DNA of 64,000 bases from Alphaproteobacteria bacterium (GCA_963555825.3 CAUVXB020000001.1:960001-1024000); one strand, 5' to 3'; positions 10,781-20,210 are shown, numbered from the stretch's first letter. Notes: a model not told the origin generated them from the sequence alone. Numbers and translations: made by a program.

Positions 10781-11803
10781 ATGGCTTCGGTGGTAGACCT
10801 GCACGCGCAGCGCGCGCCGGCCGGGCGGCCGACGCTCGACCGGCTCAATGGGCTGGTCGCCGATGAACTCACCGCGGTGAACCGGTTGATCGTCGAGCGC
10901 ATGAACAGCCAGGTCGCGCTGATCCCGCAGCTCGCCGGCCACATCATCGCCTCGGGCGGCAAGCGCATCAGGCCCATGCTGACGTTGACCGCGGCCAAGC
11001 TGTGCGGCTATGCGGGCACGCGCCAGGTCGGGCTCGCCGCCTGCGTCGAGTTCATCCACACGGCGACGCTGCTGCACGACGACGTCGTCGACAAGAGCGA
11101 CCTGCGCCGCGGCAACGCGACCGCCAACGCGGTGTGGGGCAACAAACCGAGCGTGCTGGTCGGCGATTTCCTGTTCTCCCGCGCCTTCCAGTTGATGGTC
11201 GGCGACGGCTCGCTCAAGGTGCTCAATATCCTCTCCGACGCCTCGGCAACGATCGCCGAGGGCGAGGTCCTGCAGCTGGTCACCTCGAATGACACGGCGA
11301 CCAGCGAGGAAGCCTATCTCGAGGTCATCGTCGCCAAGACCGCGACGTTGTTCGCCGCCGCCTGCCGGCTCGGCGCCGTCGTCGTCGACCGCCCGGCGGT
11401 CGAGGAGGACGCGCTAAAGAGCTATGGCATGAACCTCGGCATCGCCTTCCAGCTGATCGACGATGTGCTCGATTATTCGGCGCGCCAGGCCGAGCTGGGC
11501 AAGACCGTTGGCGACGATTTCGCCGACGGCAAGATCACGCTGCCCGTGGTCCTCGCCTATCGGCGCGGCGACGCCGACGAGCAGGCGTTCTGGCGCCGCG
11601 CGCTCGAGGACGGCGACCAGCGTGACGGCGATCTCGCGCACGCCATCGAGCTGATGCAGCGTCACGGCACGTTGACCGACACGGTCGAGCGCGCGCGCCA
11701 TTACGGCGCGGTGGCGCGCGACGCGCTCGGCATCTTCGCCGACGGCGAGGAGAAGGCGGTGCTCCGGGAGCTGGTCGACTTCTGCATCGAGCGGGCCTAC
11801 TGA
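10781..11803 (+). CDS. ispB: Octaprenyl/decaprenyl diphosphate synthase
   Basis: GGKRIRP, LHDDVVD and FQLIDDVLD (two DDxxD motifs), GKITLP. Confidence 0.92.
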   Translation: MASVVDLHAQRAPAGRPTLDRLNGLVADELTAVNRLIVERMNSQVALIPQLAGHIIASGGKRIRPMLTLTAAKLCGYAGTRQVGLAACVEFIHTATLLHDDVVDKSDLRRGNATANAVWGNKPSVLVGDFLFSRAFQLMVGDGSLKVLNILSDASATIAEGEVLQLVTSNDTATSEEAYLEVIVAKTATLFAAACRLGAVVVDRPAVEEDALKSYGMNLGIAFQLIDDVLDYSARQAELGKTVGDDFADGKITLPVVLAYRRGDADEQAFWRRALEDGDQRDGDLAHAIELMQRHGTLTDTVERARHYGAVARDALGIFADGEEKAVLRELVDFCIERAY

Positions 11804-11870
11804 GCGTACCGGCGCAGCCACCCGGTTCAAGACGACCATACGATTCAAGACGGATCGGGAGACGAGACCC

Positions 11871-13160
11871 ATGAGCGAGCCGAAGACGATCGCGTTTTTC
11901 CCGGAGGGCGCCTTCGGACCGGCGCTCAACTCGGTCGGCATCGCGCAGGCCTGTCGCGAATTGGGCCACAATTCGGTGTTCATCTGCGACCCCGGCTTCG
12001 CCGGCGTCTTCAAGGAATACGGCTTCGACGAGCACCCGGTGAACATGTCCGAGCCGATGGCACCCGAGGCGATGGCGAAATACTGGTCGGACTTCATCAA
12101 CGGCCACATCGCCAACTTCGACCTGACGCCCTATGAGCAGATCGGCAACTACGTCAAGGAGTGTTGGGAGGCGATCGTCAGCACCTCGGTGTGGGCCGAG
12201 AAGGAACTGCCCGACATCCTCGCGCGCATCCAGCCCGACGTCATCTGCATCGACAACGTGATCTTGTTTCCGGCGACCAAGCGCTACGGCGTGCCCTGGG
12301 TGCGCATCGTCTCGTGCAGCGAGAACGAGTTCCCCGACCCCGACATCCCGCCGCACCTCTCGGGCTGCAGCGAGACCGACAAGGACTGCTTCGCGGCGTT
12401 CGAGGCGCGCTTCAACGCGATGGTCAAGCCGATCCACGACGAATTCAACGGCTTCCTCGCCGATTGCGGCGAGGCGCCCTACCCGCTCGGCCAGTTCTTC
12501 GAGGCCTCGCCCTACCTGAACCTGCTGCTCTATCCCGAACCGGTGCGTTTCGAGCGGCGCAACCCGCTCGACCCCGAGAAGTTCCAGTACCTCGAAGGCT
12601 GCGTCCGGGCCGATGCGCCCTACGAAATACCGAAATTCGAGGCCAACAATAGGGCGCCGCTCCTGTACGTCTCGTTCGGCAGCCTGGGCTCGGGCGACAC
12701 CGATCTCTTGAAGCGCATCATCGCGCTGATCGGCAAGCTGCCCTACCGCGCGCTGGTCAACGTCGGCGACTACATCGACGCCTACGACGCGCCGCCGCCC
12801 AACGTGCACCTCGCGTCATGGTATCCGCAGCCCTCGGTGCTGCCCCTTATCGACGCGGTGATCCACCACGGCGGCAACAACTCGTTCACCGAGTGCCTCT
12901 ATTTCGGCAAGCCGGCGATCATCATGCCCTACGTCTGGGACGGCCACGACAACGCCATGCGCGTGCAAGAGACGCGCCACGGCTTGCGAATGCACCGCTC
13001 GAACTGGACCGATGACGTACTCGCCGGCGCCATCGAGACGCTGCTCACCGACGCCGAGATGGGCGCCAAACTGGCCGACACTTGCGACCACATGCAAGAA
13101 GAGAACGGCGCCGAGAAGGCCGCCCGCCTGTTGGACAAGCTCGCCAGGGAGCACGGCTGA
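11871..13160 (+). CDS. GT-B family 1 glycosyltransferase (MGT/UDPGT-like)
   Basis: LYVSFGSLG and WYPQPSVL...IHHGGNNSFTECLYFGKPAIIMP UDP-sugar binding signature. Confidence 0.85.
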   Translation: MSEPKTIAFFPEGAFGPALNSVGIAQACRELGHNSVFICDPGFAGVFKEYGFDEHPVNMSEPMAPEAMAKYWSDFINGHIANFDLTPYEQIGNYVKECWEAIVSTSVWAEKELPDILARIQPDVICIDNVILFPATKRYGVPWVRIVSCSENEFPDPDIPPHLSGCSETDKDCFAAFEARFNAMVKPIHDEFNGFLADCGEAPYPLGQFFEASPYLNLLLYPEPVRFERRNPLDPEKFQYLEGCVRADAPYEIPKFEANNRAPLLYVSFGSLGSGDTDLLKRIIALIGKLPYRALVNVGDYIDAYDAPPPNVHLASWYPQPSVLPLIDAVIHHGGNNSFTECLYFGKPAIIMPYVWDGHDNAMRVQETRHGLRMHRSNWTDDVLAGAIETLLTDAEMGAKLADTCDHMQEENGAEKAARLLDKLAREHG

Positions 13161-13181
13161 ATAGGCGCGACGGCCTCGAGC

Positions 13182-13366
13182 GCTCCATTAAACGAAAGCA
13201 GTATACATTTTTTTGCGATGAGCCTGCGAACGATTGGATGGCGCCGAGGAGATGTGCAACGGGTCGGCGGAGATCGGCAAATTAATTGTATACTGCATAC
13301 GTTTAATGGAGCTTGTGATCAATCCGCCGACGACCGATTGATGTAAATGTATACTGCTTACGTTTA
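13182..13366. repeat. Three copies of a TGTATACTGCwTwCGTTTA motif (one inverted, two direct)
   Basis: 13182-13207 (reverse) vs 13287-13312 match 24/26; third copy 13348-13366. Confidence 0.85.
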
Positions 13367-13472
13367 TCGGCGCCGCCCGATGTCATCGTCTGTGGCGGTC
13401 GCATCGAACACCCGTTTGTCGACGCTAGATGTCATGGCATCCAGCGTAGCAGACCGGGGCGCGCAAGGCGGC

Positions 13473-13501
13473 TTGCGGCGCGTGCCGGTTGGCGCTATAC
13501 G
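13473..13501 (+). promoter_or_regulatory. Putative sigma70 promoter of tRNA-Pro
   Basis: TTGCGG-17 bp-TATACG about 40 nt upstream of the tRNA. Confidence 0.5.
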
Positions 13502-13539
13502 TGGCGCGCCCGCGAGCCCGCGGGGGTCGGAGGATTTAC

Positions 13540-13616
13540 CGGAGTGTAGCTCAGCCTGGTAGAGCACCGTCTTCGGGAGGCGGGGGCCGGTGGTTCGAAT
13601 CCACTCACTCCGACCA
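13540..13616 (+). tRNA. tRNA-Pro(CGG)
   Basis: CGGAGTG/CACTCCG acceptor stem, anticodon loop TTCGGGA, GGTTCGAATCC T-arm, encoded CCA. Confidence 0.97.
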
Positions 13617-13621
13617 GCAGC

Positions 13622-13659
13622 GCAAAGGCTCGGCCGACATCGGCCGGGCCTTTGTTTTT
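13622..13659 (+). terminator. Rho-independent terminator after tRNA-Pro
   Basis: CAAAGGCTCGGCCGA-CA-TCGGCCGGGCCTTTG followed by TTTTT. Confidence 0.8.
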
Positions 13660-13666
13660 GGCATGC

Positions 13667-13912
13667 TTACGCCGCCGCCTTCGCCTCGAAGAGATGCACG
13701 TCGCGCCGCGCGAAGGGGATCGAGATGCCGGCGGCGGTGAGCGCATTCTCGAACGCCTTGGTCAGGTCGGTCATGCCATGCGCGTTGCGCGTCGCGCGCG
13801 AGATTCAACGCATCCCGATCCAACCGTCGACGAGAATGATGATGCCGCCGATGACGTCGAGCCCGTAAATCGTGATGGCCTCGAAGGCCCGATTGACGTT
13901 TTCCTGGTTCAT
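13667..13912 (-). pseudogene. mscS: MscS mechanosensitive channel remnant (N- and C-termini only)
   Basis: MNQENVNRAFEAITIYGLDVIGGIIILV... then ...DLTKAFENALTAAGISIPFARRDVHL, matching the MscS C-terminal GIxIPFPQRDVH motif. Confidence 0.7.
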
Positions 13913-14054
13913 GCCCTTGTCCCCCGCGGAAATATTTCGCCCGCCTTATAGGCAAAGCACGCGGATTGTCCAGCGATGCGCGGCGGGCGCCGCGCCGGTC
14001 ATCGACACCCGCGACCCCTCCGCCGAAGCCTTCGGCGACCAGGGTTGACGGGGC

Positions 14055-14813
14055 TTACTCGACGCCGCCGGCGTCCTCGAGCATCACAATCACCGCGTCG
14101 TGGTCGGCGGCGATGTAGTCGCGCGGCTGGGCGAAATTGCCGGCCAGCACGGCGAGGCCGAGCGCCGTCTTGCCGACGTCGTTGCGCGCGTTGACCGCGG
14201 CGCCGCGTTCGAGCAGCAACGCGACCGTCGCCCTGCGGCCGCGGCTCGCGGCGTACATCAGCGCGGTGGCGCCGACCTCCGAGGCGGCGTCGATCGCGAC
14301 GCCGACGTCGATCAGCGCGGCCACCGCGGCCGTGCGCCCCATCTCGGCCGCCGTCAGGAACACCGCGTTGCGCAGCGCCGCGACGGCGTCGCCGCCGCCC
14401 GGTGTCGTCACCGCCTCGAGATCGCCGTTGGTCGCGCCACGCTTGGCCTGGTAGAGCATGATCGCGACTTCGGCGTGGCCGTCCGCCAGGCCGTGGACGA
14501 CGATGTCGCCGACCGCGAAGACCGCGCATTCGCGCGCGAAGCGCTCGAGACAGTCCTCGATCGCCTGGTCGATCGCGATGCCCGGCTGGCTGATGCGCTC
14601 GCTGCGGCCCCAGCGTCCCGTCCCGGCCTCGATGGCGAAGGCCTTGAAACCGAGTGCTTGGGGCACATCGCCGTATTCCTGGAACGGGATCTGCGCGCGC
14701 GGCGGCAGCAGCGCCAGCGTCGCCGGGTCGGCGGCCCGCGTCGGTCCGGCCACGCTCGCGGCAAACAACGACGCGGCGAGGGTTATCGTATGGCCGGACA
14801 TTGCCTTGGTCAT
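14055..14813 (-). CDS. Exported ankyrin-repeat protein
   Basis: Signal-like N-terminus; GATALMYAASRG and GAAVNARNDVGKTALGLA ankyrin repeats; Cys-pair domain upstream. Confidence 0.75.
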   Translation of the reverse strand: MTKAMSGHTITLAASLFAASVAGPTRAADPATLALLPPRAQIPFQEYGDVPQALGFKAFAIEAGTGRWGRSERISQPGIAIDQAIEDCLERFARECAVFAVGDIVVHGLADGHAEVAIMLYQAKRGATNGDLEAVTTPGGGDAVAALRNAVFLTAAEMGRTAAVAALIDVGVAIDAASEVGATALMYAASRGRRATVALLLERGAAVNARNDVGKTALGLAVLAGNFAQPRDYIAADHDAVIVMLEDAGGVE

Positions 14814-14821
14814 CGCCGTCC

Positions 14822-15887
14822 CTACCCGCGCCGCCGGCCGTCCTGGTCGATCAAGAAGCTTAGCGCGACGTAGCGTCGCCCGCGCGTCACCGGCGGCGCC
14901 TGATGCAGCAGCGAGCAAGAGAACAAGATGGCGCCCCCCGTCCCCGTCGAATAGACCTGATCGCCGTATTCGGGAAACATCAGCCCGCCGCCCTCATAGC
15001 CCTCGTTGAGGTTCACGGTGATGGCGAAACGCCGGTTGGCGGTCTGCGGCGTCGTGTTGTCGCGGTGCGCGTGGAAATAGTCGCCGCGCTCGGCCTCGTA
15101 AGCGCCGATGCAGAACGCCTCGATCACCGTGGTGGCGAAGTTGAACGCCTTGAACACTTCGGGCGCGATGCGCCGCTCGACATAGCCGATCAGCTCGTGG
15201 TTGACCGCGTCGGACGGGTTGTGGTCGAGCCGCTTCTTGATGCCGTGATCGATGGCGCGGCTCGCCGGGTCGACCGTGCCCGAACCGCGCTTGCGCACGC
15301 CGCCTTCGGCGTGATCGTCGCGCCAGTCGCCGATCAGCCGTTCGCAGAGCGCGGCGTCGAAGACGTCGGGGATCAACAGCACCGGCGCCTGGGCCGAGAC
15401 GATACCGGGGGCGCCCAACCGCCGGCGGCTCGGTCGGCAGATGGGCCAGCGCGCGGGCGGCGTGGCCGTCGCCGGGCGCGTCCGGCAGCGACGCGAGCAC
15501 ATGTTGGTTGCGGTCGAGAACGAGCGTGGCGAGCCCGTCGACGCCGTAGCCGCGGGTGATCGCGCCTTCCGGGTCGGAGAACAGGGTGAAGTCGATGCCA
15601 TGCGCGTCGACCAGCCGGCGGTTCGCCGCCACCGCGTCGCGCGTCACCGCGACGATCCGCGCGCCGGCGTCTGCGAACGCCGCGCCGCGCTCGACGAAGC
15701 CGAGCAGCGCGCCGAGCGCCGCCGCGTCGCGGCCCGACGGGTAAAAGAACAGGACCACCCGGTTGCCCTTGAAGCGGTCGTAGAAGCGCCCGAACTTGCC
15801 GTCCGGGTTGGGCAGCATGAAATCGGGCGCGCGGTCGCCCCGCGTGAAACCCGGCGCCGGCCCGGTCTTCGGTCGTTGCTTCGCCAT
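14822..15887 (-). pseudogene. Redoxin (BCP/AhpC-like)-2OG-Fe(II) oxygenase fusion, frameshifted near 15415
   Basis: GDRAPDFMLP..VVLFFYP in one frame; APVLLIPDVF..HRDN..LLH..RGRRY in another. Confidence 0.75.
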
Positions 15888-15977
15888 GGCGGGATAATGC
15901 GCCAAACCGTGCGGCCGGGCCAAGCCCCCTGCGCGCGGCCAACCGCATTGCCGCGCTCGACGCGGCCGAGCGTGCAC

Positions 15978-16392
15978 GGCGTGAAGGCGATCGTCTGCAT
16001 GTCGAACCTGGTGCCGCGCAACAAGCTCGACGCGCGTCATCGGCATCTCGACGGACCAGGGTGCCGCGATGTACCAGAGCAAGCGCGCCGGCCAGCCGGT
16101 GCGGGTCGAGGAGGCGCCGAGCCTGGCCGACAGCCTGGGCGGCGGCATCGGCCTCGACAACGTCTTCAGCTTTGCGCTGGTGCTGGTGACCGAACACGAG
16201 ATCGCCCGGGCGATGCGCCACGTCTTTCGCACCGAGCGTCTGGTCGCCGAGGGCGGCGCCTGCGTCGGTATCGCGGCCTTGCTCAACGATCGCGCGGACC
16301 GGTTCGGCGACAACATCGCCGTCGTCGTCAGCGGCGCCGACGTCGACCTCGACCGCTTTCTCGCGATCGTCGGCAACGAGGCACGGCCATGA
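15978..16392 (+). pseudogene. eutB: Hydroxyectoine dehydratase EutB remnant with internal deletions
   Basis: GVKAIVCMSNLVPRNKLDA joined to RVIGIS..GAAMYQS..SLADSLGGGIGLDN..LVAEGG..VVSGADVD. Confidence 0.7.
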
Positions 16393-16496
16393 GCGTCACG
16401 ATCCTGACCGAAACCGGCGTCCAGGACACCGCTATCGCGCTCCACGCCTTCCACGAGGCGACCGAACGCGGCTTCGGCACGGTCATCGAGACGTAA
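16389..16496 (+). pseudogene. eutC: Ectoine-utilisation cyclodeaminase EutC remnant (in-frame N+C fusion, 35 aa)
   Basis: MSVTILTE fused to TGVQDTAIA...GTVIET; ATGA-coupled to eutB. Confidence 0.7.
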
Positions 16497-16630
16497 TGTG
16501 TGATCCGGTCATCTTTACGCCGTAAAGATGACCTGCGCTCAATCGCCGCGCATGCTCTCGCCGAACGGTCGGCGGCCCGCAGTCGCGGGCTGGCATCATC
16601 CGACCGATTCTGATCGATTGGATGATGCCT
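16494..16630 (+). repeat. Structured intergenic repeat, copy B
   Basis: Same five-hairpin core as 8958-9109. Confidence 0.9.
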
Positions 16631-19004
16631 TTGGCGCGAACGCCGCCGCGACGACGTAGAACGCGAGCGCGAGCGCGACGACGACGGTGAAGCCCCAGTG
16701 GACGGCGAGCAGCATCGCGAGCACGGCGGCGATCACCGAGGCACAGCCGTTGATCGCCCAGGCCCACGGCACCAGCGCGGGCGCTGCCTCCGCGACGCGC
16801 GCGAGTCCGAGCGGGAACGGCATGCCCATGAAGAAGGCGAGCGGCGCGATCAGGCCGACCGAGACCGCGACGCGCGCCGCCTCGGGCAGCGGGCGCAGCC
16901 AGTCGAACAGCACGGGCAGCAGGGCCAGATAAACCGCCGCGATGACGACGATGCAGCCGACCGCCAACGCGATCGGCGGCAACCGCCAGCGTTCGCCGAA
17001 GCGCTTGGCGGCGCCGCTGCCGAGCCCGGCGAAGACCAGGAAGGCGCTCAGCACCACGGCGATGGCGTAGAGCGGGTGGCTCAGGAACAGCGCGAAGCGC
17101 TGCATGAAGGCGATTTCGACGAACAGGAAGGCGAGGCCGAGCGCGAGAAAATACACCGCGACGCGCGCCAACGACGGCCCGCCGGCCGCGCGTTTGAGCA
17201 CGCCGAGCGGCGCGAGCACGAGAACCAGGCTGGCGAGCGCCGCCTGGACCAGCGTCGCCGCCAGGATGATCGTGCCCCATTCGATCAACGGCACGCCGCC
17301 GCCCGAGCGCAGGCGCAACAGCTCGGGCAGCACGCGCCATTTCATGAAGTGGAAGAAATAGGGCCGGTCGTCGGTCGCCGGCGCGACGTCGAACTTGTAG
17401 CCCGCCAGGAACGCGTCGCGCCTTGGCCCGAGCAAGGCCACCGCCGCCTCGTGGAGATAGGGCCTGGGCAGGATGTTGCGGCGGTTCGCCTCGTCGGCGC
17501 GCATGCCGGGCAGATAGGCGATGTCGAACGCGCGCGCCTCGGCGAAGCGCCGCACCGCCGCCTCATCGTCGCCCGTCAAGGCGCCGTTCTTGACCAGCAG
17601 CGTCGCGGTGTCCCAGCTTCGGATTACGGCGAGCCGCGCGCGGGGCTCGGCGACGCCGCGGCGCTCGAGCGCGGCGATCGCCGTGGCCAACAATTTCACG
17701 CTGTCGCGCGGCGGCAGCCTGAGCCAGCGCGTGATCGCCAAGAAGCCGCCGCTGTCGAGGCGGTCGAGGAGGGTCTCGAGCGCCTCGACCGTGTAGAGCG
17801 TGCTCTCGTTCAGCGCGTGCAGGCCGGCCGCCGAGGCCGTGAAGGCGTCGAACAGCGCGAGATGGACGAGTTCGTAGCGCGCCGTAGAGCGGGCGGCGAA
17901 ACCGCGCGCTTCGGCGATGTGCAGGACGACCCCGGGCCGCGCGTAGAGGTTGCCGGCGAATTCGGCGTGCGTCTCGGCGACCAGCGCGGCCATCTGCGGG
18001 TTGACCTCGACCGCGTCGATCCGTCGCGCGCCATGGAACAACGCGAGCCGCACGTCGGCGCCGCCGCCGGCGCCGAGCACCAGCACGCGCGGCCGATCGA
18101 GCAGGTGATAGGGCAGCGCCGCGGACGTGTCGTCGAGATAGGCGGCGTTCTCCGGGCCGTCGCCACGCAGGATTGGCGTCATCGCGCCGCCGTCGGTGAA
18201 GACGCCGAGCTGCGCCGGGATATCGGCGCGCGACATCAGGCTCAGCCCGGGCGCGTGACGCAACGGCGTCTCGGGGCTCTCGACGACGCTGAGCACGCCC
18301 AACGGGCTCGATCGCGTCTCGATCACCCTGGCGCCCGGGATGCGCAGCGCCTGGCTCAGGCCCTTGTAGGGCGAGAGCCTCGGCTCAACGAGTCCCTCGG
18401 GCACCAGCAACGGCGCCACGACGCCGACAGCGATCAGCGCGGCGGCGACCGCGCGCCGCCCCGCGCAGCCGAGGCCCGCGGCGACCAGCCCGGCGCCGCC
18501 GATCAGCGCCAGGCAGTCGCCCGGCGGCAGCGCGAAGAGCACCGCGACGATCGCCAGCGCGCCGGCTCCGGCGCCCATCAGGTCGGCGCGGTAGATGCGC
18601 TCGATGCCCGCGCCGTACCGCGCCAAGGCGAGGCCGATGCAACTCGCCGCGCAGAAGAACGGCACGGCGAGCACCAGGTAGAGCGCCAGCAGGTAGAGCT
18701 GCTGGCGCGTGTCCCAGACGATCTCGAGCGGGTTGAAAGGTAGCCGCTGGGCGAGCGCGAAGGCCGCCACCGCGAGCACGCCGAAGAGCGCCGCGAAGAC
18801 CGCGAACACCGCGTCGAAGCGGTCGAGCAGCCAGCCGCGGGCGAGCGCGATAAAAGTTCCGCTGGCGCCGTAGCCGAGCAGCGCCAGACTGATGATCATA
18901 TAGGCGAAGTGATGCCACTGGACGATCGAGAACAGCCGCATCAGGAGGATCTCGTAGGCGATCGCCGCCGCCGACAGCAACGCGATGGCGATCAGCAGCC
19001 GCAC
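16596..19004 (-). CDS. Membrane-bound spermidine-synthase-like SAM-dependent transferase
   Basis: TM blocks flanking VLVLGAGGGAD..AVEVNP..EARGF..LYTVEA; ends WAWAINGCASV; GTG start. Confidence 0.8.
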   Translation of the reverse strand: MRLLIAIALLSAAAIAYEILLMRLFSIVQWHHFAYMIISLALLGYGASGTFIALARGWLLDRFDAVFAVFAALFGVLAVAAFALAQRLPFNPLEIVWDTRQQLYLLALYLVLAVPFFCAASCIGLALARYGAGIERIYRADLMGAGAGALAIVAVLFALPPGDCLALIGGAGLVAAGLGCAGRRAVAAALIAVGVVAPLLVPEGLVEPRLSPYKGLSQALRIPGARVIETRSSPLGVLSVVESPETPLRHAPGLSLMSRADIPAQLGVFTDGGAMTPILRGDGPENAAYLDDTSAALPYHLLDRPRVLVLGAGGGADVRLALFHGARRIDAVEVNPQMAALVAETHAEFAGNLYARPGVVLHIAEARGFAARSTARYELVHLALFDAFTASAAGLHALNESTLYTVEALETLLDRLDSGGFLAITRWLRLPPRDSVKLLATAIAALERRGVAEPRARLAVIRSWDTATLLVKNGALTGDDEAAVRRFAEARAFDIAYLPGMRADEANRRNILPRPYLHEAAVALLGPRRDAFLAGYKFDVAPATDDRPYFFHFMKWRVLPELLRLRSGGGVPLIEWGTIILAATLVQAALASLVLVLAPLGVLKRAAGGPSLARVAVYFLALGLAFLFVEIAFMQRFALFLSHPLYAIAVVLSAFLVFAGLGSGAAKRFGERWRLPPIALAVGCIVVIAAVYLALLPVLFDWLRPLPEAARVAVSVGLIAPLAFFMGMPFPLGLARVAEAAPALVPWAWAINGCASVIAAVLAMLLAVHWGFTVVVALALAFYVVAAAFAPKASSNRSESVG

Positions 19005-19012
19005 GCGCCGCC

Positions 19013-19858
19013 TCAGGGAAGCCGGGTGAAGGGCACGAAGGCGACCGGCAGCATCTGGCGCGTCGTGACCGTTCCGGCGGCGTCCTTCTCGACGAGCACC
19101 AGCTGCTGGGTCACGAAGCGCGCGCCGACCGGGATGATCATCCGCCCGCCGGGCTTGAGCTGGTCGATCAGCGGCGGCGGGATGGTCACGGCCGCGGCGG
19201 TGACGATGATGGCGTCGAACGGCGCGTGCTCGAGCCAGCCGTGGTAGCCGTCGCCCCAGCGCGCCGTGACGCTGTCGTAGCCGAGCCGCGCCAGCCGTTC
19301 CTTCGCCTCGGCGGCGAGCGGCGGGACGATCTCCATGGTGAAGACGCGCATGCCGAGCGCCGCGAGCACCGCCGCCTGATAGCCCGAGCCGGTGCCGATC
19401 TCGAGCGCCGTCCGGCCCGGCTCCGGGTCCAGCAGATCGCTCATCAGCGCGACGATATAGGGCTGCGAGATGGTCTGGCCGTGGCCGATCGGCAGCGGCC
19501 GGTTGGCGTAGGCCATCGGGCGCAGGGCCCAGGGCACGAACTCGTGGCGGGGCACTTGGCGCATCGCCTCGATGACCCGGTCGTCGAAGCGCGGCCGGCC
19601 GGTCCAATCCGCCGTGCGCCGCGCGTCCTCGGCGACCTCGGCGAGCAGCGCCTCGCGGACCTCGGCGTACGCGTCGTCCTGCGCCAACGCCTGGCCGCAT
19701 GCAAGGAACAGGAGCGCGGCGCCGGCGAGCGCCGCGCGGCCAAGCTCGCGCGCGCAAAGCAATTCGGTCATGCCGCCCTTGCCGAGCTGGCGGCAGGTTT
19801 CCACGCCGAGGCCGCGGTTGGCCCCGGTGAAGACGGCGACGCGCGCGGGCTCGGCCAT
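19013..19858 (-). CDS. pcm: Protein-L-isoaspartate O-methyltransferase with SDR-derived N-terminal stub and signal-like segment
   Basis: PRHEFV, GQTISQPYIVA, LEIGTGSGYQAA, APFDAIIVTAA, QLKPGGRMIIPVG. Confidence 0.88.
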   Translation of the reverse strand: MAEPARVAVFTGANRGLGVETCRQLGKGGMTELLCARELGRAALAGAALLFLACGQALAQDDAYAEVREALLAEVAEDARRTADWTGRPRFDDRVIEAMRQVPRHEFVPWALRPMAYANRPLPIGHGQTISQPYIVALMSDLLDPEPGRTALEIGTGSGYQAAVLAALGMRVFTMEIVPPLAAEAKERLARLGYDSVTARWGDGYHGWLEHAPFDAIIVTAAAVTIPPPLIDQLKPGGRMIIPVGARFVTQQLVLVEKDAAGTVTTRQMLPVAFVPFTRLP

Positions 19859-20021
19859 CGCGGTCCCTCTATGGAATGTTACGGGCGGTCGCGTCATCCT
19901 CCCCGCTCGGCGCCGACTGAGTCAAGCTGGGCTACGGACGGTTGTGCGTCGGTTTGCGATTTGACGTGGCTTGAAAGCACCAAGCGGACTCAACCGCCGA
20001 AACGGGTTACGCAGCACCTGG

Positions 20022-20210
20022 CTAGCTGTCTTGGCGAAATTTGGTCCTCATGTTTTTCTGAATATCACTATCTTTAGGCGCGCCCTCATCCACGGCGTCA
20101 TCGATAGGCAGATACGTCATCCCATCGGTTTCAAAACTTAACACCGCGTAGGAAGAGCCCGCCTTTTCAAGCCTAGCGATACTTTGGTCATAGGATTTGG
20201 TACAATCAGT
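20022..20210 (-). pseudogene. 3' fragment of an AT-rich ORF truncated by the IS1595 element
   Basis: Open frame of about 62 codons running from the IS left end to the stop at 20022. Confidence 0.4.

Noticed and set aside
16596-19757. 1053-aa ORF
   Set aside because: The first 251 codons overlap pcm in another frame; the real start is GTG 19004
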